Positions 38,566 through 48,156 of a stretch of 64,000 nt of DNA are shown here, in pieces (positions within the stretch are counted from its first letter, which is position 1; every line of letters starts with the position of its first letter). Under the pieces are notes generated by a model. That model had not been told where the DNA came from. It worked only from the letters and a program-made list of their open reading frames with translations, and did no database searches. The DNA is taken from the IMG/VR virus record IMGVR_UViG_3300018080_000139, positions 31,868 through 95,867 of that record; one strand, given 5' to 3'. This DNA comes from a virus. Both the position numbers and the translations under genes were made by a program.

Positions 38566-39807
38566 ATGGCAAACATAACGATTATCAGAATCGCGAACGG
38601 CCGAAAGGTGATCGACACGCAGATCGACCCGAGCAACATCCCGACGACCGACCAAGCGGCGAGTTTCCCTACCGGCGCGTCCGGAGCGGACCAGCTCGTA
38701 AAGGCCTCCGCGGTGGGAGGGTACGTCACTTATGGAAACCTGGACACGAACGGAGACGTCGGCACGACGGCCTCCACCGTCGCCGCCGGAAACGACTCTC
38801 GCTTTCCGACGAGCGACGAAAAGGCGGGCCTCGGGGCGGCCCCGAACGCATTGTCGGCCGCCAATCCGGTCGCCGACAAGACGTATGTCGACAACCTGGT
38901 GGACGGTATCGAGTGGTATCCGTCCGTGGACGACGAGGTGAATTACGTCAAGACCACGGCCGGGGCCCCGACCGGGACGGCGACGAGCGGCGAGAAATGC
39001 CTCAATACGAATGAGGCCAAACTCTACACCTACACCACAAGTTGGGACGCCGGGGTAGCCGTAAGCAGTGGCGAACGGCTCGTCTTCAAGGAGGACGGAG
39101 ACGACACGTCCGGTGGCTCGGGGACTTACACGGCCGACATGAAAATCTACGACTACAACGGCTCGACCTTCGACGAGACGACCCCGACCTTGGGGGGTAC
39201 TTTCAACCTGGACACGGACGGCCTGGACTATCGCTACACCGGATCCGTCTGGGCCGCGAAATCCTCCACCGTCAGCCACAACAATACCTCCGGACTGCAA
39301 GGCGGGACGACCGGGGAGTACTACCACATCACCGCGAACCAGGAAGCCGGACTCGACGCGGCCACCGCGATCACCGCGAGCAATCCGCCCCAGACTCTGG
39401 CGGACAGGGACAAACTCCCTCAGCGTATTTCGTTCGCGTACTTCGGCGGCTTCGCCGTGAGCCAGACCGACGTCGAGTTCTACGACGTCGAGGGTGTGGT
39501 GCAAAGAGTCCAGCCCAAGGCGGCGGGGTCCATCGTCGGCCACACCGTACAGCTCGAAAGCGATCGGACAGCCGGCACGCTCACCCTGGAACCGACGATA
39601 GACGGGACGAAAGTCACTCCGAGTGACCTCGACGTCACCATCGACGGAACGACCCCGAACGACGCGCACCTGGAGGCGGCCCCGGACACGAGCGGTCTCA
39701 CGTTCACTGCATCGAACAAGCTCGGGATCAAGGCCACGAGCGATGCTTCCTGGGCGCCGACCACGGCCACCGTTCGTTCGGACCTGCACCTGGTCTACAA
39801 CACCTAA
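38566..39807 (+). CDS. Tail fibre/whisker-like structural protein
   Basis: VGTTASTVAAGNDSRF, KTYVD, HNNTSGLQGG...YYH fibre motifs. Confidence 0.75.
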   Translation: MANITIIRIANGRKVIDTQIDPSNIPTTDQAASFPTGASGADQLVKASAVGGYVTYGNLDTNGDVGTTASTVAAGNDSRFPTSDEKAGLGAAPNALSAANPVADKTYVDNLVDGIEWYPSVDDEVNYVKTTAGAPTGTATSGEKCLNTNEAKLYTYTTSWDAGVAVSSGERLVFKEDGDDTSGGSGTYTADMKIYDYNGSTFDETTPTLGGTFNLDTDGLDYRYTGSVWAAKSSTVSHNNTSGLQGGTTGEYYHITANQEAGLDAATAITASNPPQTLADRDKLPQRISFAYFGGFAVSQTDVEFYDVEGVVQRVQPKAAGSIVGHTVQLESDRTAGTLTLEPTIDGTKVTPSDLDVTIDGTTPNDAHLEAAPDTSGLTFTASNKLGIKATSDASWAPTTATVRSDLHLVYNT

Positions 39808-39833
39808 GATCAACTGCCTGAAAAGGAGCAGAA

Positions 39834-40340
39834 ATGAGACTCATCGTTTTTCTTTTGTTGCCTCTTCTCCTGGTAGCGTGCGCTCACCAGGGGGGGCAAC
39901 CGATTATGACTTTCTCCACGGCCGAGGCCCTCCTCGTTTCTTCAGTGAGGATAGGCCTTCCGTTCGCGCTCGACCAGATCGAGGACGAGAGCGGACGGGC
40001 CGAGGTCGTAAAGCACGCACAAGCCGGCGTCCTTCTCGCCGATCACGTCCTCGCCATATTAGCAAACGAAAGCGGGGTGACGAGATCCGAGATCGACGGG
40101 GCTATAGCCACGTTCGATTCGGGATTGACGCGGACGGAGCGGTCCGTGATCCAGGAGGGAATCAACGTCGTCCTGACTTTCGCGCGTGAACAGTTACAGC
40201 CCGTCGAGGGCACGGAGACAGTAAGACTGTTCCGCTCGTTGTTTTCCGCGGCGCGCGACGTGTTCGAGAGTTTCGCCGCGGAGGAGCCGGCCGCTCTCGG
40301 GATCCCCGCGCCGGAACCGGCCGGGGAGCAAATAGAGTGA
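39834..40340 (+). CDS. Lipoprotein
   Basis: Signal peptide with lipobox LLVAC. Confidence 0.75.
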   Translation: MRLIVFLLLPLLLVACAHQGGQPIMTFSTAEALLVSSVRIGLPFALDQIEDESGRAEVVKHAQAGVLLADHVLAILANESGVTRSEIDGAIATFDSGLTRTERSVIQEGINVVLTFAREQLQPVEGTETVRLFRSLFSAARDVFESFAAEEPAALGIPAPEPAGEQIE

Positions 40341-40852
40341 AGAACTCACGTTCACAAGCAGTACAACAAGGCCTGTCTCGGTCCTCCGGAGGACCGGGAA
40401 GGCTTATTTTCGAAGCGACCGCGCGCGAAATCCTGGCGAAGGCCGACCAAAAGCGCGCCGCGTCCTCTCGCGACGTGACTTCGCGTCTGGTAAAACTGAA
40501 GGCGTCTCGCCTCCCCGGGACGCATCTGTTCTATTCCAGCAAATCAAAAGGCAAGCCGCAAACGTGGCTTCAGGTCGTGCGTCTAAATGTGCGGGAAAAG
40601 CAGACTCTTTACGGAATCCGAAAGGCCATCTCGAGCCAGGACGTACATGTTTATTGCAATTGCCCGGACTTTAAATTCGGCGGTTTTGCTTATCTCATGA
40701 CACGAGAGAGATCAGCCCTATCTGGTTTTGAGGAGCCACGCTTCCCGAAAAAAAGTAACCCGAAGGCGCTCGGGAGTGTGTGCAAACACCTGGTCAATGT
40801 TTTGCGCCAGTTACCAGGAGAGGCGCGCGAAATCTATAATCGCTTGAACTAA
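40337..40852 (+). CDS. SWIM zinc-finger protein
   Basis: VYCNCPDF...CKHL. Confidence 0.8.
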   Translation: MKNSRSQAVQQGLSRSSGGPGRLIFEATAREILAKADQKRAASSRDVTSRLVKLKASRLPGTHLFYSSKSKGKPQTWLQVVRLNVREKQTLYGIRKAISSQDVHVYCNCPDFKFGGFAYLMTRERSALSGFEEPRFPKKSNPKALGSVCKHLVNVLRQLPGEAREIYNRLN

Positions 40853-40863
40853 GGAGAAAACTC

Positions 40864-41007
40864 ATGGAGTGTCCGAATTGCAAAAAGCTCCTGCAGGAGT
40901 CAAAAATACTGAAAGAGGATGGGTCCCCCTCCATCCTCACGGGGGATTACATGTGCCCGTCTTGCGGTTTTACGCAGAAAGCCGAAAGGAAGGTGCTGAA
41001 TGGATGA
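40864..41007 (+). CDS. 47-aa zinc-ribbon protein (not in ORF track)
   Basis: AAGGAG RBS; MECPNC...CPSCG. Confidence 0.7.
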   Translation: MECPNCKKLLQESKILKEDGSPSILTGDYMCPSCGFTQKAERKVLNG

Positions 41008-41503
41008 GCAGATTTTTGCTCAGAGCATTCAAAACTCGTCCCTGCTGAAAAACGAGGTGGACACGGCCTTGTACTTGTGGGGCAAGATAACCGGCTTCGA
41101 CGCCGAGCCGACGTCTATGGCTCTTCGCGCCTCTCCGCGCCTGGTGGCTGTGGCCCGGCATCTCGCCGACACGGTCGAACTGCGTGTGGAGGAGAAAGAG
41201 GAGAGCCTTGCCAGCTACCGGGAAAAAATCGAGCGCGACGCGCGCCGGCAACTCGCTGTTGCCCTCAAGGGGGAGAAAGTCACCCCCGATATGGTTGAGC
41301 GGGCCGTGAAAGCCAATACTGACTTGGTCTTCGAGGTGACAGCCTTGAGAAAAGTGAAGGCCGATAGCGCTATTTGCCGCGCGCTCGCAGCCGGAGCCGA
41401 GGCCTACGTTCAGGCCGCGGTCGAGCTGGCAAAGCGAGGAGAAGAGAAAACTCCGCGCGAGGAGGAGGAGCTGCAAACGTGTTCGACATCCGAAAGCGTT
41501 TAG
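41000..41503 (+). CDS. Helical protein, possibly UvsY-like
   Basis: KVTPDMVERAV pattern in an all-helical protein; weak resemblance only. Confidence 0.5.
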   Translation: MDEQIFAQSIQNSSLLKNEVDTALYLWGKITGFDAEPTSMALRASPRLVAVARHLADTVELRVEEKEESLASYREKIERDARRQLAVALKGEKVTPDMVERAVKANTDLVFEVTALRKVKADSAICRALAAGAEAYVQAAVELAKRGEEKTPREEEELQTCSTSESV

Positions 41504-42243
41504 GTTGGAAGCCGGAACCCCCTGACCGGAGGGACTTTCGTCTGGGCGCCCACCCCTTTTTCAGAAAAGTGGGGAAGCTCCCACGCAAGGTCTCATTGCG
41601 GGAGTGTATGCCCGATGTGCGCGACCAGGGGGAGACCAATTCTTGCACAGGCTTTGCGATCGCCGCCCTGCGGGGGGCCCTCGAGCTGCAGGACTCCCCG
41701 GAGAAAAAAGACGTCCTGGCCCCCCCGCTATCCCCGCTTTTCGTGTACTACCATGAGCGCGTGAAGGAGGGGACCTGGCCGGCCGATTGTGGGGCGTATA
41801 TTCGGACAGGAATGAAAGTTCTGCACAAGCTGGGGTGCTCACAGGAAAGCCGGTTTCCTTTTTCACCGGACTCAATTTCGGCTGGGGTCCCAAAAGTCGA
41901 CATCGAGGCCGACCGGGGCGCCATCACTGCTTACCTCCGGGTCTCGACTATAGACGAAATGCGCGTAGCTATCGCCAGGCGCCTCCCTGTCGTGGGGGGT
42001 TTGACGATTTATCGGAACTGGGAGCGCCCCCACGTTTGGAGGACCGGACAGATTCCGGACCCTTCCGGGAGGGCGATCGGCGGTCATGCCGTCGTCGCCA
42101 TGGGCTACGACGACGAGAAGGAAGTTTTCGAGTGGCAAAACTCGTGGGGGAAAGAGTGGGGGGACAGCGGGTTTTTTTGGACTTCCTACGACTATCCGAA
42201 TCATAGTGGGTGCGATTTCTGGGTAGTGCTGAAATGGAGGTGA
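41479..42243 (+). CDS. Papain-like (C1 family) cysteine peptidase
   Basis: DQG..NSC, GGHAV...GYDD, NSWG..WG..G; GTG start after GGAGGAGGAG. Confidence 0.92.
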   Translation: MFDIRKRLGWKPEPPDRRDFRLGAHPFFRKVGKLPRKVSLRECMPDVRDQGETNSCTGFAIAALRGALELQDSPEKKDVLAPPLSPLFVYYHERVKEGTWPADCGAYIRTGMKVLHKLGCSQESRFPFSPDSISAGVPKVDIEADRGAITAYLRVSTIDEMRVAIARRLPVVGGLTIYRNWERPHVWRTGQIPDPSGRAIGGHAVVAMGYDDEKEVFEWQNSWGKEWGDSGFFWTSYDYPNHSGCDFWVVLKWR

Positions 42244-42246
42244 TTT

Positions 42247-42642
42247 TTGTTCGTTGCACGTAAGTACCCCTGGAAGGATGCAGAGAGGAACGCGGCCGCC
42301 AAACGGCTCCGTGAATCCCTCGAAGAGATGCCAAGTTATGTCGAAAAAGAGATCGAGGCTTACCTTGCCAGTCGGGGCTTGAAAGTGACCGAGCGAAGGC
42401 ATGTCCTTCGTGTGTGTGAGGCTCTCCTCAAAAACGAGCCGTTTACCCGATCTTCGACGCGGCGGGGTCGATTCCTGGACGGTCTGGCAAAAGTACTCGT
42501 GCGCGACGGGGCCCGGCGCTTTTTGAATACCTTCGCGGGGAGTGGGTGGCGATATTCGGCCATCTCTGATGACCCTCTGGGTTACATCTTGTCGAATCGA
42601 AAAACCGGCTTTGTCTACCATGGGAGGAAGGTGAAGCGATGA
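42247..42642 (+). CDS. Hypothetical basic protein
   Basis: GGAGG RBS, packing. Confidence 0.6.
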   Translation: MFVARKYPWKDAERNAAAKRLRESLEEMPSYVEKEIEAYLASRGLKVTERRHVLRVCEALLKNEPFTRSSTRRGRFLDGLAKVLVRDGARRFLNTFAGSGWRYSAISDDPLGYILSNRKTGFVYHGRKVKR

Positions 42643-43019
42643 CGACCACAGCGCAAGACTTGTCGAGCAACAAATTTTCAACGGCTTACGAGGTGGAGTT
42701 GTTCACGCTGTTGCTCGTACATTATGGCGAGTACACGCTCATACCCGAGCTAGTGCGTATCTTCGGGCCTCAGGGGGCCCTCGATTTCTGTGAGTGTTTC
42801 GCCGGCGTTACGATCGAAGTGCCGAAAGAAAACACGGTATTCCGGGCGGCCCGCGATGCCGTTGTTTTTTCTTGTATGGAGCAGGCGCATAACAAGGACT
42901 CCGAGGCGGAAAGGCTGGCGAGCTGGCTCGAGTACAGTGTTTCAGAAGTGCATGAAGTCTACGAGAAAGTCAAGAACCTGGAGAGAATCCAATGGGAAAA
43001 GGACGAAGACAAAGGGTAG
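42639..43019 (+). CDS. Mor-like DNA-binding protein candidate
   Basis: EL..IFG...ALDF...FAGVTIEVP plus C-terminal helix-turn-helix-like segment. Confidence 0.55.
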   Translation: MTTTAQDLSSNKFSTAYEVELFTLLLVHYGEYTLIPELVRIFGPQGALDFCECFAGVTIEVPKENTVFRAARDAVVFSCMEQAHNKDSEAERLASWLEYSVSEVHEVYEKVKNLERIQWEKDEDKG

Positions 43020-43447
43020 TCGGGCACACCCTGCTCGAAACGTCCTCGCGCTGGCTCGCTGGGGAGAGCAACGCACTCGAAACGTCCGCACCCCTGGTTG
43101 AGGACGTTTTGAAAGAGCGGGAGGTGCGAACGAACGTGGTTAGGGCCTTATTTTCCATTCACCAAACGCAGAGGCTCGCCAGGCTCCTAAAATTTACCAG
43201 CATCGTAGAAAATCGCCTCTTTTCCGAAGAAAGTCTAAACTCGTTGGAACCTAAAGACCTTCTCCGCGCGCTGCAGCTCCTTCACTCGTCGGTGGCCGAA
43301 GCAAAAGAATTCGTCTACGACGATCCCCCGGCCGTGGCGGATCCGTCCGAGGCGATGAGAAGAAAAGAGGCTACCGGGAAAGTGTCCCTCTCCCCGGCCG
43401 AGAGGGAACGGATTTACAAGGTTTTTCAGCCTTTCTTGAGGGGGTAG
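42992..43447 (+). CDS. Hypothetical protein, possible terminase small subunit
   Basis: Directly upstream of the large terminase. Confidence 0.5.
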   Translation: MGKGRRQRVVGHTLLETSSRWLAGESNALETSAPLVEDVLKEREVRTNVVRALFSIHQTQRLARLLKFTSIVENRLFSEESLNSLEPKDLLRALQLLHSSVAEAKEFVYDDPPAVADPSEAMRRKEATGKVSLSPAERERIYKVFQPFLRG

Positions 43448-43449
43448 GG

Positions 43450-45429
43450 TTGATCGACACAAGCATTCTCGCCGGGCTGAACGCGAACGAGCGCGCGGCC
43501 GCCTCTCTTATACTACAAGAAATGAGAGGCTCCGGGACATCACGAACGCTGCAAGAAATTGCAAATGTCGATTACGCACGAATCCCGGTAGGCCCGCGGG
43601 AGTTTTTCACGTCGGACTATTTCATGGGGACGGAAGCCCGAAAGAGATTGTACCCGACCTGGCTTGAGGAGTTGTCCTACGTTTGCGACCCCAAAAACGG
43701 CATAACGGAGTGGATTATAACGGGGCCCATCGGTGGCGGCAAAACGGCCGCCGCGTCAATGGCCGTATACTATAAGGCCTACGTTTTGTCCTGCCTCCAA
43801 AATCCTCAGGACTACTATGGCTTAATGCCCGGGCACCGGATTGTATTCGGATTGTTCACGATTTTTAAATATAAAGTTCGGACGACGTCATTCCACTACC
43901 TTAACGCCTTAATCGAAGGGTCTCCCTACTTCCGGGAGCATTTCCCGAAGAACCCCAAGCTCACGGCGGCGATCGAATTTCCATCAAATGTGGGCGTGGT
44001 CGCCGGGTCGAAAGAAGCCCATCAACTCTCGGAAAATATCTATGTCTTCGTGATCGACGAAGCGAATTTCATGCTGACAAAGGATTCCGCTGAGGAGGAG
44101 GGGCAAGCTTATGAACTGTACTCGTCCGGACTTCTCCGCATGAAAAGCCGATTCCTGGGGCCCCGTGGAATAATGCCCTGGCTTATGGTTGTGGTCTCCT
44201 CAAAAAAACGTGAATCAGACTTTACAGCGCGACGAATCAAACAGGCAAAGGGGAACCCCAGGACGCACGTCAGCAACTTTCCAATCTGGAAGCTCAAGCC
44301 GGCCGGCACGTTCCCTAGCGGTAAATTTTTCTCGGTGCAGGTGGGGGATTGCTTCAAAAAGTCGAAAGTTCTTGGCGACGGGGAGAAAGCCGAGGAGGGG
44401 ACGCGCGAAATCTCCGTCCCTGTAGAATACCGGGAAGAGTTCGAGATGAACCTTGAAAAGTCGCTTGCAGACATTGCTGGCGAGGTCTTGACAGGCGAAA
44501 ACCCGCTAATCACGAGGCCAGAACGAATAATGGACTGTCTTGACAACTCACGCGCGCACCCCTGCAAAGTCGACGTCGTGGAAAGCGACTTTCGCGATGT
44601 AGTCGATCCAGGAGACATAATTTTACCTCAGTTTATCGTCCGCGTCCGCCAATCCCGTCGCGAGCCGCGCGTAAATCCAGGGATTGCGCGCTATATGCAT
44701 GTAGACATCGGGCTTACAGGTGATTCGGCCGGCGTCGCGATCGGGCACCCGGCCGGCATCGTCCAGGTGCCGACACTTTTGCAGTCTGGGGAGAAGGGGT
44801 TTCGCGAGGAGGCCTTAGTTTACATCGACTTCATGCTTCGCGTCGTGCCCAGCGAAGAAATCGACATCTCGTTTTTGCGCGATTTGGCCGTTTATTTTCG
44901 CGACCGCTTAGGATATGTCTTCGCCGCTGTAACCTATGATGGCTTCCAGTCTCGAGGGTCCCTGCAGGAACTTCGGCGGCTGAACTTCGACGTCGACCTG
45001 CTCTCTGTCGACACAAACCAGGATATTTACGCTAGGCTGCAGAGAGCCGTGCTCGAACGCCGCGTCTCGTACTATTTTTACGAGCCGTTTTTCGAGGAGC
45101 TTCGCGCCCTCGAAGTGGTTCGACGGAAGATGACGTCCGGAGCCGTCCGCGTCCGGGTCGACCATCCCCGAAAAAACAAGGACGGGACTCCGGGACGGAA
45201 GGACGTTTGCGACGCCGTAGCAGCCGTGGTGTACCAATGCTCTTGCGGAATTGTTTCGGCGCACGAGCCTCCGGGGGGAGTCGAAATCCGGACGGCCGAA
45301 AGCTGGTCGGGGTATGGGAAGGTGAAAGAGGACCTCGAGGATTTCTCGTGGGTTATCCCCGACAGCAGCCCAGAATCAAAAGCCTATATAAAAAACGTGA
45401 TCGAGGCCGAAAGGAGTAAACTACGATGA
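43450..45429 (+). CDS. terL: Terminase large subunit
   Basis: Walker A GPIGGGKT, Walker B FVIDE, nuclease HVDIG..GD, YDGFQS, DHP...KDVCDA. Confidence 0.93.
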   Translation: MIDTSILAGLNANERAAASLILQEMRGSGTSRTLQEIANVDYARIPVGPREFFTSDYFMGTEARKRLYPTWLEELSYVCDPKNGITEWIITGPIGGGKTAAASMAVYYKAYVLSCLQNPQDYYGLMPGHRIVFGLFTIFKYKVRTTSFHYLNALIEGSPYFREHFPKNPKLTAAIEFPSNVGVVAGSKEAHQLSENIYVFVIDEANFMLTKDSAEEEGQAYELYSSGLLRMKSRFLGPRGIMPWLMVVVSSKKRESDFTARRIKQAKGNPRTHVSNFPIWKLKPAGTFPSGKFFSVQVGDCFKKSKVLGDGEKAEEGTREISVPVEYREEFEMNLEKSLADIAGEVLTGENPLITRPERIMDCLDNSRAHPCKVDVVESDFRDVVDPGDIILPQFIVRVRQSRREPRVNPGIARYMHVDIGLTGDSAGVAIGHPAGIVQVPTLLQSGEKGFREEALVYIDFMLRVVPSEEIDISFLRDLAVYFRDRLGYVFAAVTYDGFQSRGSLQELRRLNFDVDLLSVDTNQDIYARLQRAVLERRVSYYFYEPFFEELRALEVVRRKMTSGAVRVRVDHPRKNKDGTPGRKDVCDAVAAVVYQCSCGIVSAHEPPGGVEIRTAESWSGYGKVKEDLEDFSWVIPDSSPESKAYIKNVIEAERSKLR

Positions 45430-47114
45430 GCTTTTCGAAACGGCTTGCGGCAAGCCTCCGCTCTTTGGTGGGCGCCGGAAGAAGTCACCCCATCCAAAAC
45501 CAGCCCGAGCAATTTATGCAGCAACAGTGGATGGACGGAGTTCTGGGCTGGTACGGCCGGCACACGACACTACAACGGGACCGCCGGAGCGCTTACTACG
45601 ATTTCGAGCAGATCGGGGATTTCGTGTTGGGCGCGAGCGCCCTGGACATGTACACTGAGGACGCTTTTCCCTACGACCATCAAAAAAATGCCACTATCTG
45701 GGTGTCGTCCCAGAATCCAAAAGTGTCGGCGGAACTCAACAAGCTTATGAACCGAATCGACGTCAACACTCTCGTCCCCTCCATGGCCTACACTACGGCC
45801 CTGTACGGGGACGAATTCTCGTACCTACTTTTTTCAGACAGGGGGATAGAGGCCGTCCGCCAAATATTTCCGTACCTGCTGACGCGGATCGAGGACCAGT
45901 ACGGCCGGCTCCGGGGATTTACCCCCGGCATCCACGATTTCGTGGACGGTCGAGACCCGGAGCCAAATCCCATATCGCAGCCTTACGAAGTGATACACAC
46001 CAGGCTCCCCTCAGCCTTCATGCGCCACACCGGACACGGACTGTCGATGCTGAATCCAGTGAGGTACATCTGGAGACAGCTAAAAATCATGCTCGACGGG
46101 CTTGTCCTTTACAGGTGGACAAAGGGGGTGGACAGAACCGTGTACTATGTCGACACCGGCACGAACCCCCCCGAAAAACAGATGGAAATTGTTCATCGGT
46201 GGCGTCAGCAGATAAAAAAGCGAAGCCTTTTCGATCCAGCGCAAGACACCTACAAGCAGGAGTGGTATCCCGAGCAACTCGTGGACGACATCTTTTGGCC
46301 GCTTCCGAAAGGGTCGAATTCTCGGGTGGAAAAGCTTGGGGGGTCAGCGAACGTGACGGAGGTGGCCGACGTACAGTACTACACAAATCTTTTCTTTGCT
46401 GGCCTTCGAATCCCGAAAGCCCACATGGGGTTTGAGGGGGAGATCATGGCGCGCGAAGTCCTCCCGTACCAGAGTATTCGGTATGCGAATGTGGCTTACC
46501 GGCTGCAAAGAGCCGTCCTGTCCTCTCTCGCGCGAATGTTCCAAATCCACCTGCTCGTTATCGGGATAGACTCCAGGAAAAAAGAAAACGCCTTCATCGT
46601 CCATGCGCCCACGATTTCCCACCTCTACGACGTGGCACAAAACGAACTACTCACGGCAAAAATGGAGCTTCTTCAGAAACTCATCGAATTCGGCGACACC
46701 CTGACGCTCGACCGAAGCGTATGGCTTCGCTACCTCTTGCAAAACTACCTGGACATCGACGAAAACATGGTACAAGCCCTCTTGCCGGCGTCGTCCCTCG
46801 ATCAAGGAGAATTCACCGACAGCGAGGATCTGGACCGGATGCGCCCGCAGGACCGAGACGCTGTCCACAAGGCGTTCATGGACTCGCCGACCGCGCAAGG
46901 CAAGCTTCGCACGCTCCGCGAGATGCAAAAATTCTTCTCCCCGTCCTACGGTTCGGCCGACCTCCCCCACGCCGAGGAGTACGACAAGATAACGCGCGCG
47001 GTCAAGGGCTCGAGCGATTTCCGGACGTCGCTGATGGAAGTGATCGACGACAACCGGGAGCGAGTGAACGAATCCGAAGAGCGAGCGGCGAAAAGGGGAG
47101 AGAAACCAGCATGA
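45426..47114 (+). CDS. Portal protein (T4 gp20 family)
   Basis: G.SML...R.IW.QL, YR....R.VYYVDTG, DIFWP, L.G..N...ADVQY, LRIPKA. Confidence 0.9.
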   Translation: MSFSKRLAASLRSLVGAGRSHPIQNQPEQFMQQQWMDGVLGWYGRHTTLQRDRRSAYYDFEQIGDFVLGASALDMYTEDAFPYDHQKNATIWVSSQNPKVSAELNKLMNRIDVNTLVPSMAYTTALYGDEFSYLLFSDRGIEAVRQIFPYLLTRIEDQYGRLRGFTPGIHDFVDGRDPEPNPISQPYEVIHTRLPSAFMRHTGHGLSMLNPVRYIWRQLKIMLDGLVLYRWTKGVDRTVYYVDTGTNPPEKQMEIVHRWRQQIKKRSLFDPAQDTYKQEWYPEQLVDDIFWPLPKGSNSRVEKLGGSANVTEVADVQYYTNLFFAGLRIPKAHMGFEGEIMAREVLPYQSIRYANVAYRLQRAVLSSLARMFQIHLLVIGIDSRKKENAFIVHAPTISHLYDVAQNELLTAKMELLQKLIEFGDTLTLDRSVWLRYLLQNYLDIDENMVQALLPASSLDQGEFTDSEDLDRMRPQDRDAVHKAFMDSPTAQGKLRTLREMQKFFSPSYGSADLPHAEEYDKITRAVKGSSDFRTSLMEVIDDNRERVNESEERAAKRGEKPA

Positions 47115-47186
47115 ACGATTTGAGTATGCTTACCCCGCAGAAGCCGGGTGGGCCGTCTGCGGGGTAAGCCTGGAGGAACTTTTCGG

Positions 47187-47639
47187 ATGAACCCAGTAAA
47201 CATAGAAATTCGCATTCTGTCCCGCCAGCCGATCGTGGACACGACGAGCGGACAAACTCTCGTCCCGGCGGGGACGTGTGGAATCGTCACAGCCTACGAG
47301 ATCGACGCCGGGGACCCGGCATACATCCCGGTCCGTGGGGTGCCCGACAAGAGACTGACAAGGCGTATCAAGCTTTGGGTTACTTTTTCCGGTTTCGGGA
47401 GCTTTTGCGTGATGTACCCCGAGCATGTGGATTTTCAGGGGAAAGAGGACCTACTGAAACTCCTCCTGGTAGGACAAGAAATTGTCCAGGTTTCTGGACT
47501 CACGCCAGCCCCCCGTTTTCAGCAGGTTGTAGCCTACGAGCCGTTCGCCGTGACCCTGCACACGGCGGAAGTCAAAATCACATTCGGGGTAGACAATACA
47601 AGTGGGCTCCTGGACATCGAAATAGAGGCCTGCGAGTGA
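47187..47639 (+). CDS. Hypothetical protein
   Basis: GGAGG RBS before ATG 47187. Confidence 0.65.
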   Translation: MNPVNIEIRILSRQPIVDTTSGQTLVPAGTCGIVTAYEIDAGDPAYIPVRGVPDKRLTRRIKLWVTFSGFGSFCVMYPEHVDFQGKEDLLKLLLVGQEIVQVSGLTPAPRFQQVVAYEPFAVTLHTAEVKITFGVDNTSGLLDIEIEACE

Positions 47640-47692
47640 CTTTGTTTGTTGCCTGTACTGCCTAAGCAGTGTGTTTGTTCGACAAGATGGTC

Positions 47693-47723
47693 GACGGCCC
47701 CGCTTGTGGGGCCGTCTTTTTTT
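47693..47723 (+). terminator. Intrinsic terminator
   Basis: GACGGCCCC-GCTTGT-GGGGCCGTC followed by T7. Confidence 0.8.
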
Positions 47724-47736
47724 CGAGGGAAGTCTG

Positions 47737-48156
47737 ATGGAAAATGCTGGATTTACCAGGTCTGACGAGGAGAGTTTGCGGCTTACCGCAATTTCAAAAC
47801 TACCTCGCCACGATCCCGATTTCGACATGGCGAAGGTCCTTGCCGACAACCGAGAGGTATTGAGCACGGTTCGCCCTCTTGGGTCACGCCTGCTCGTTGT
47901 TGAAGACTTACGCCCCCGGAACCCGGGGAAGGTGATCCCGATAAAGCGTAAATATTTCCAGCTCAAGGGGGAGATCGTCGCCGTCGGCCCGGACGTCGAG
48001 AGCGCGCGGCTTCGCCCTGGCGCGCATATTCTCTTTGGGCTTTACAATGGGCAAAAAGTTTCCCTCGGACAGGGAGGAAGGGGCCTCCACACATGGTTTG
48101 TGAGCGAAAAACGTGTGCTGGGGGTGGTGGATCCCTCGGCGCGCTTGAGCGAATGA
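47737..48156 (+). CDS. GroES/Cpn10-like co-chaperonin
   Basis: VRPLGSRLLV, GEIVAVGP, PG..ILF..Y.G, VSEKRVLGVV. Confidence 0.85.
   Translation: MENAGFTRSDEESLRLTAISKLPRHDPDFDMAKVLADNREVLSTVRPLGSRLLVVEDLRPRNPGKVIPIKRKYFQLKGEIVAVGPDVESARLRPGAHILFGLYNGQKVSLGQGGRGLHTWFVSEKRVLGVVDPSARLSE

Noticed and set aside
31350-39807. Diversity-generating retroelement or invertible fibre cassette
   Set aside because: No reverse transcriptase, invertase or long near-identical DNA repeat seen
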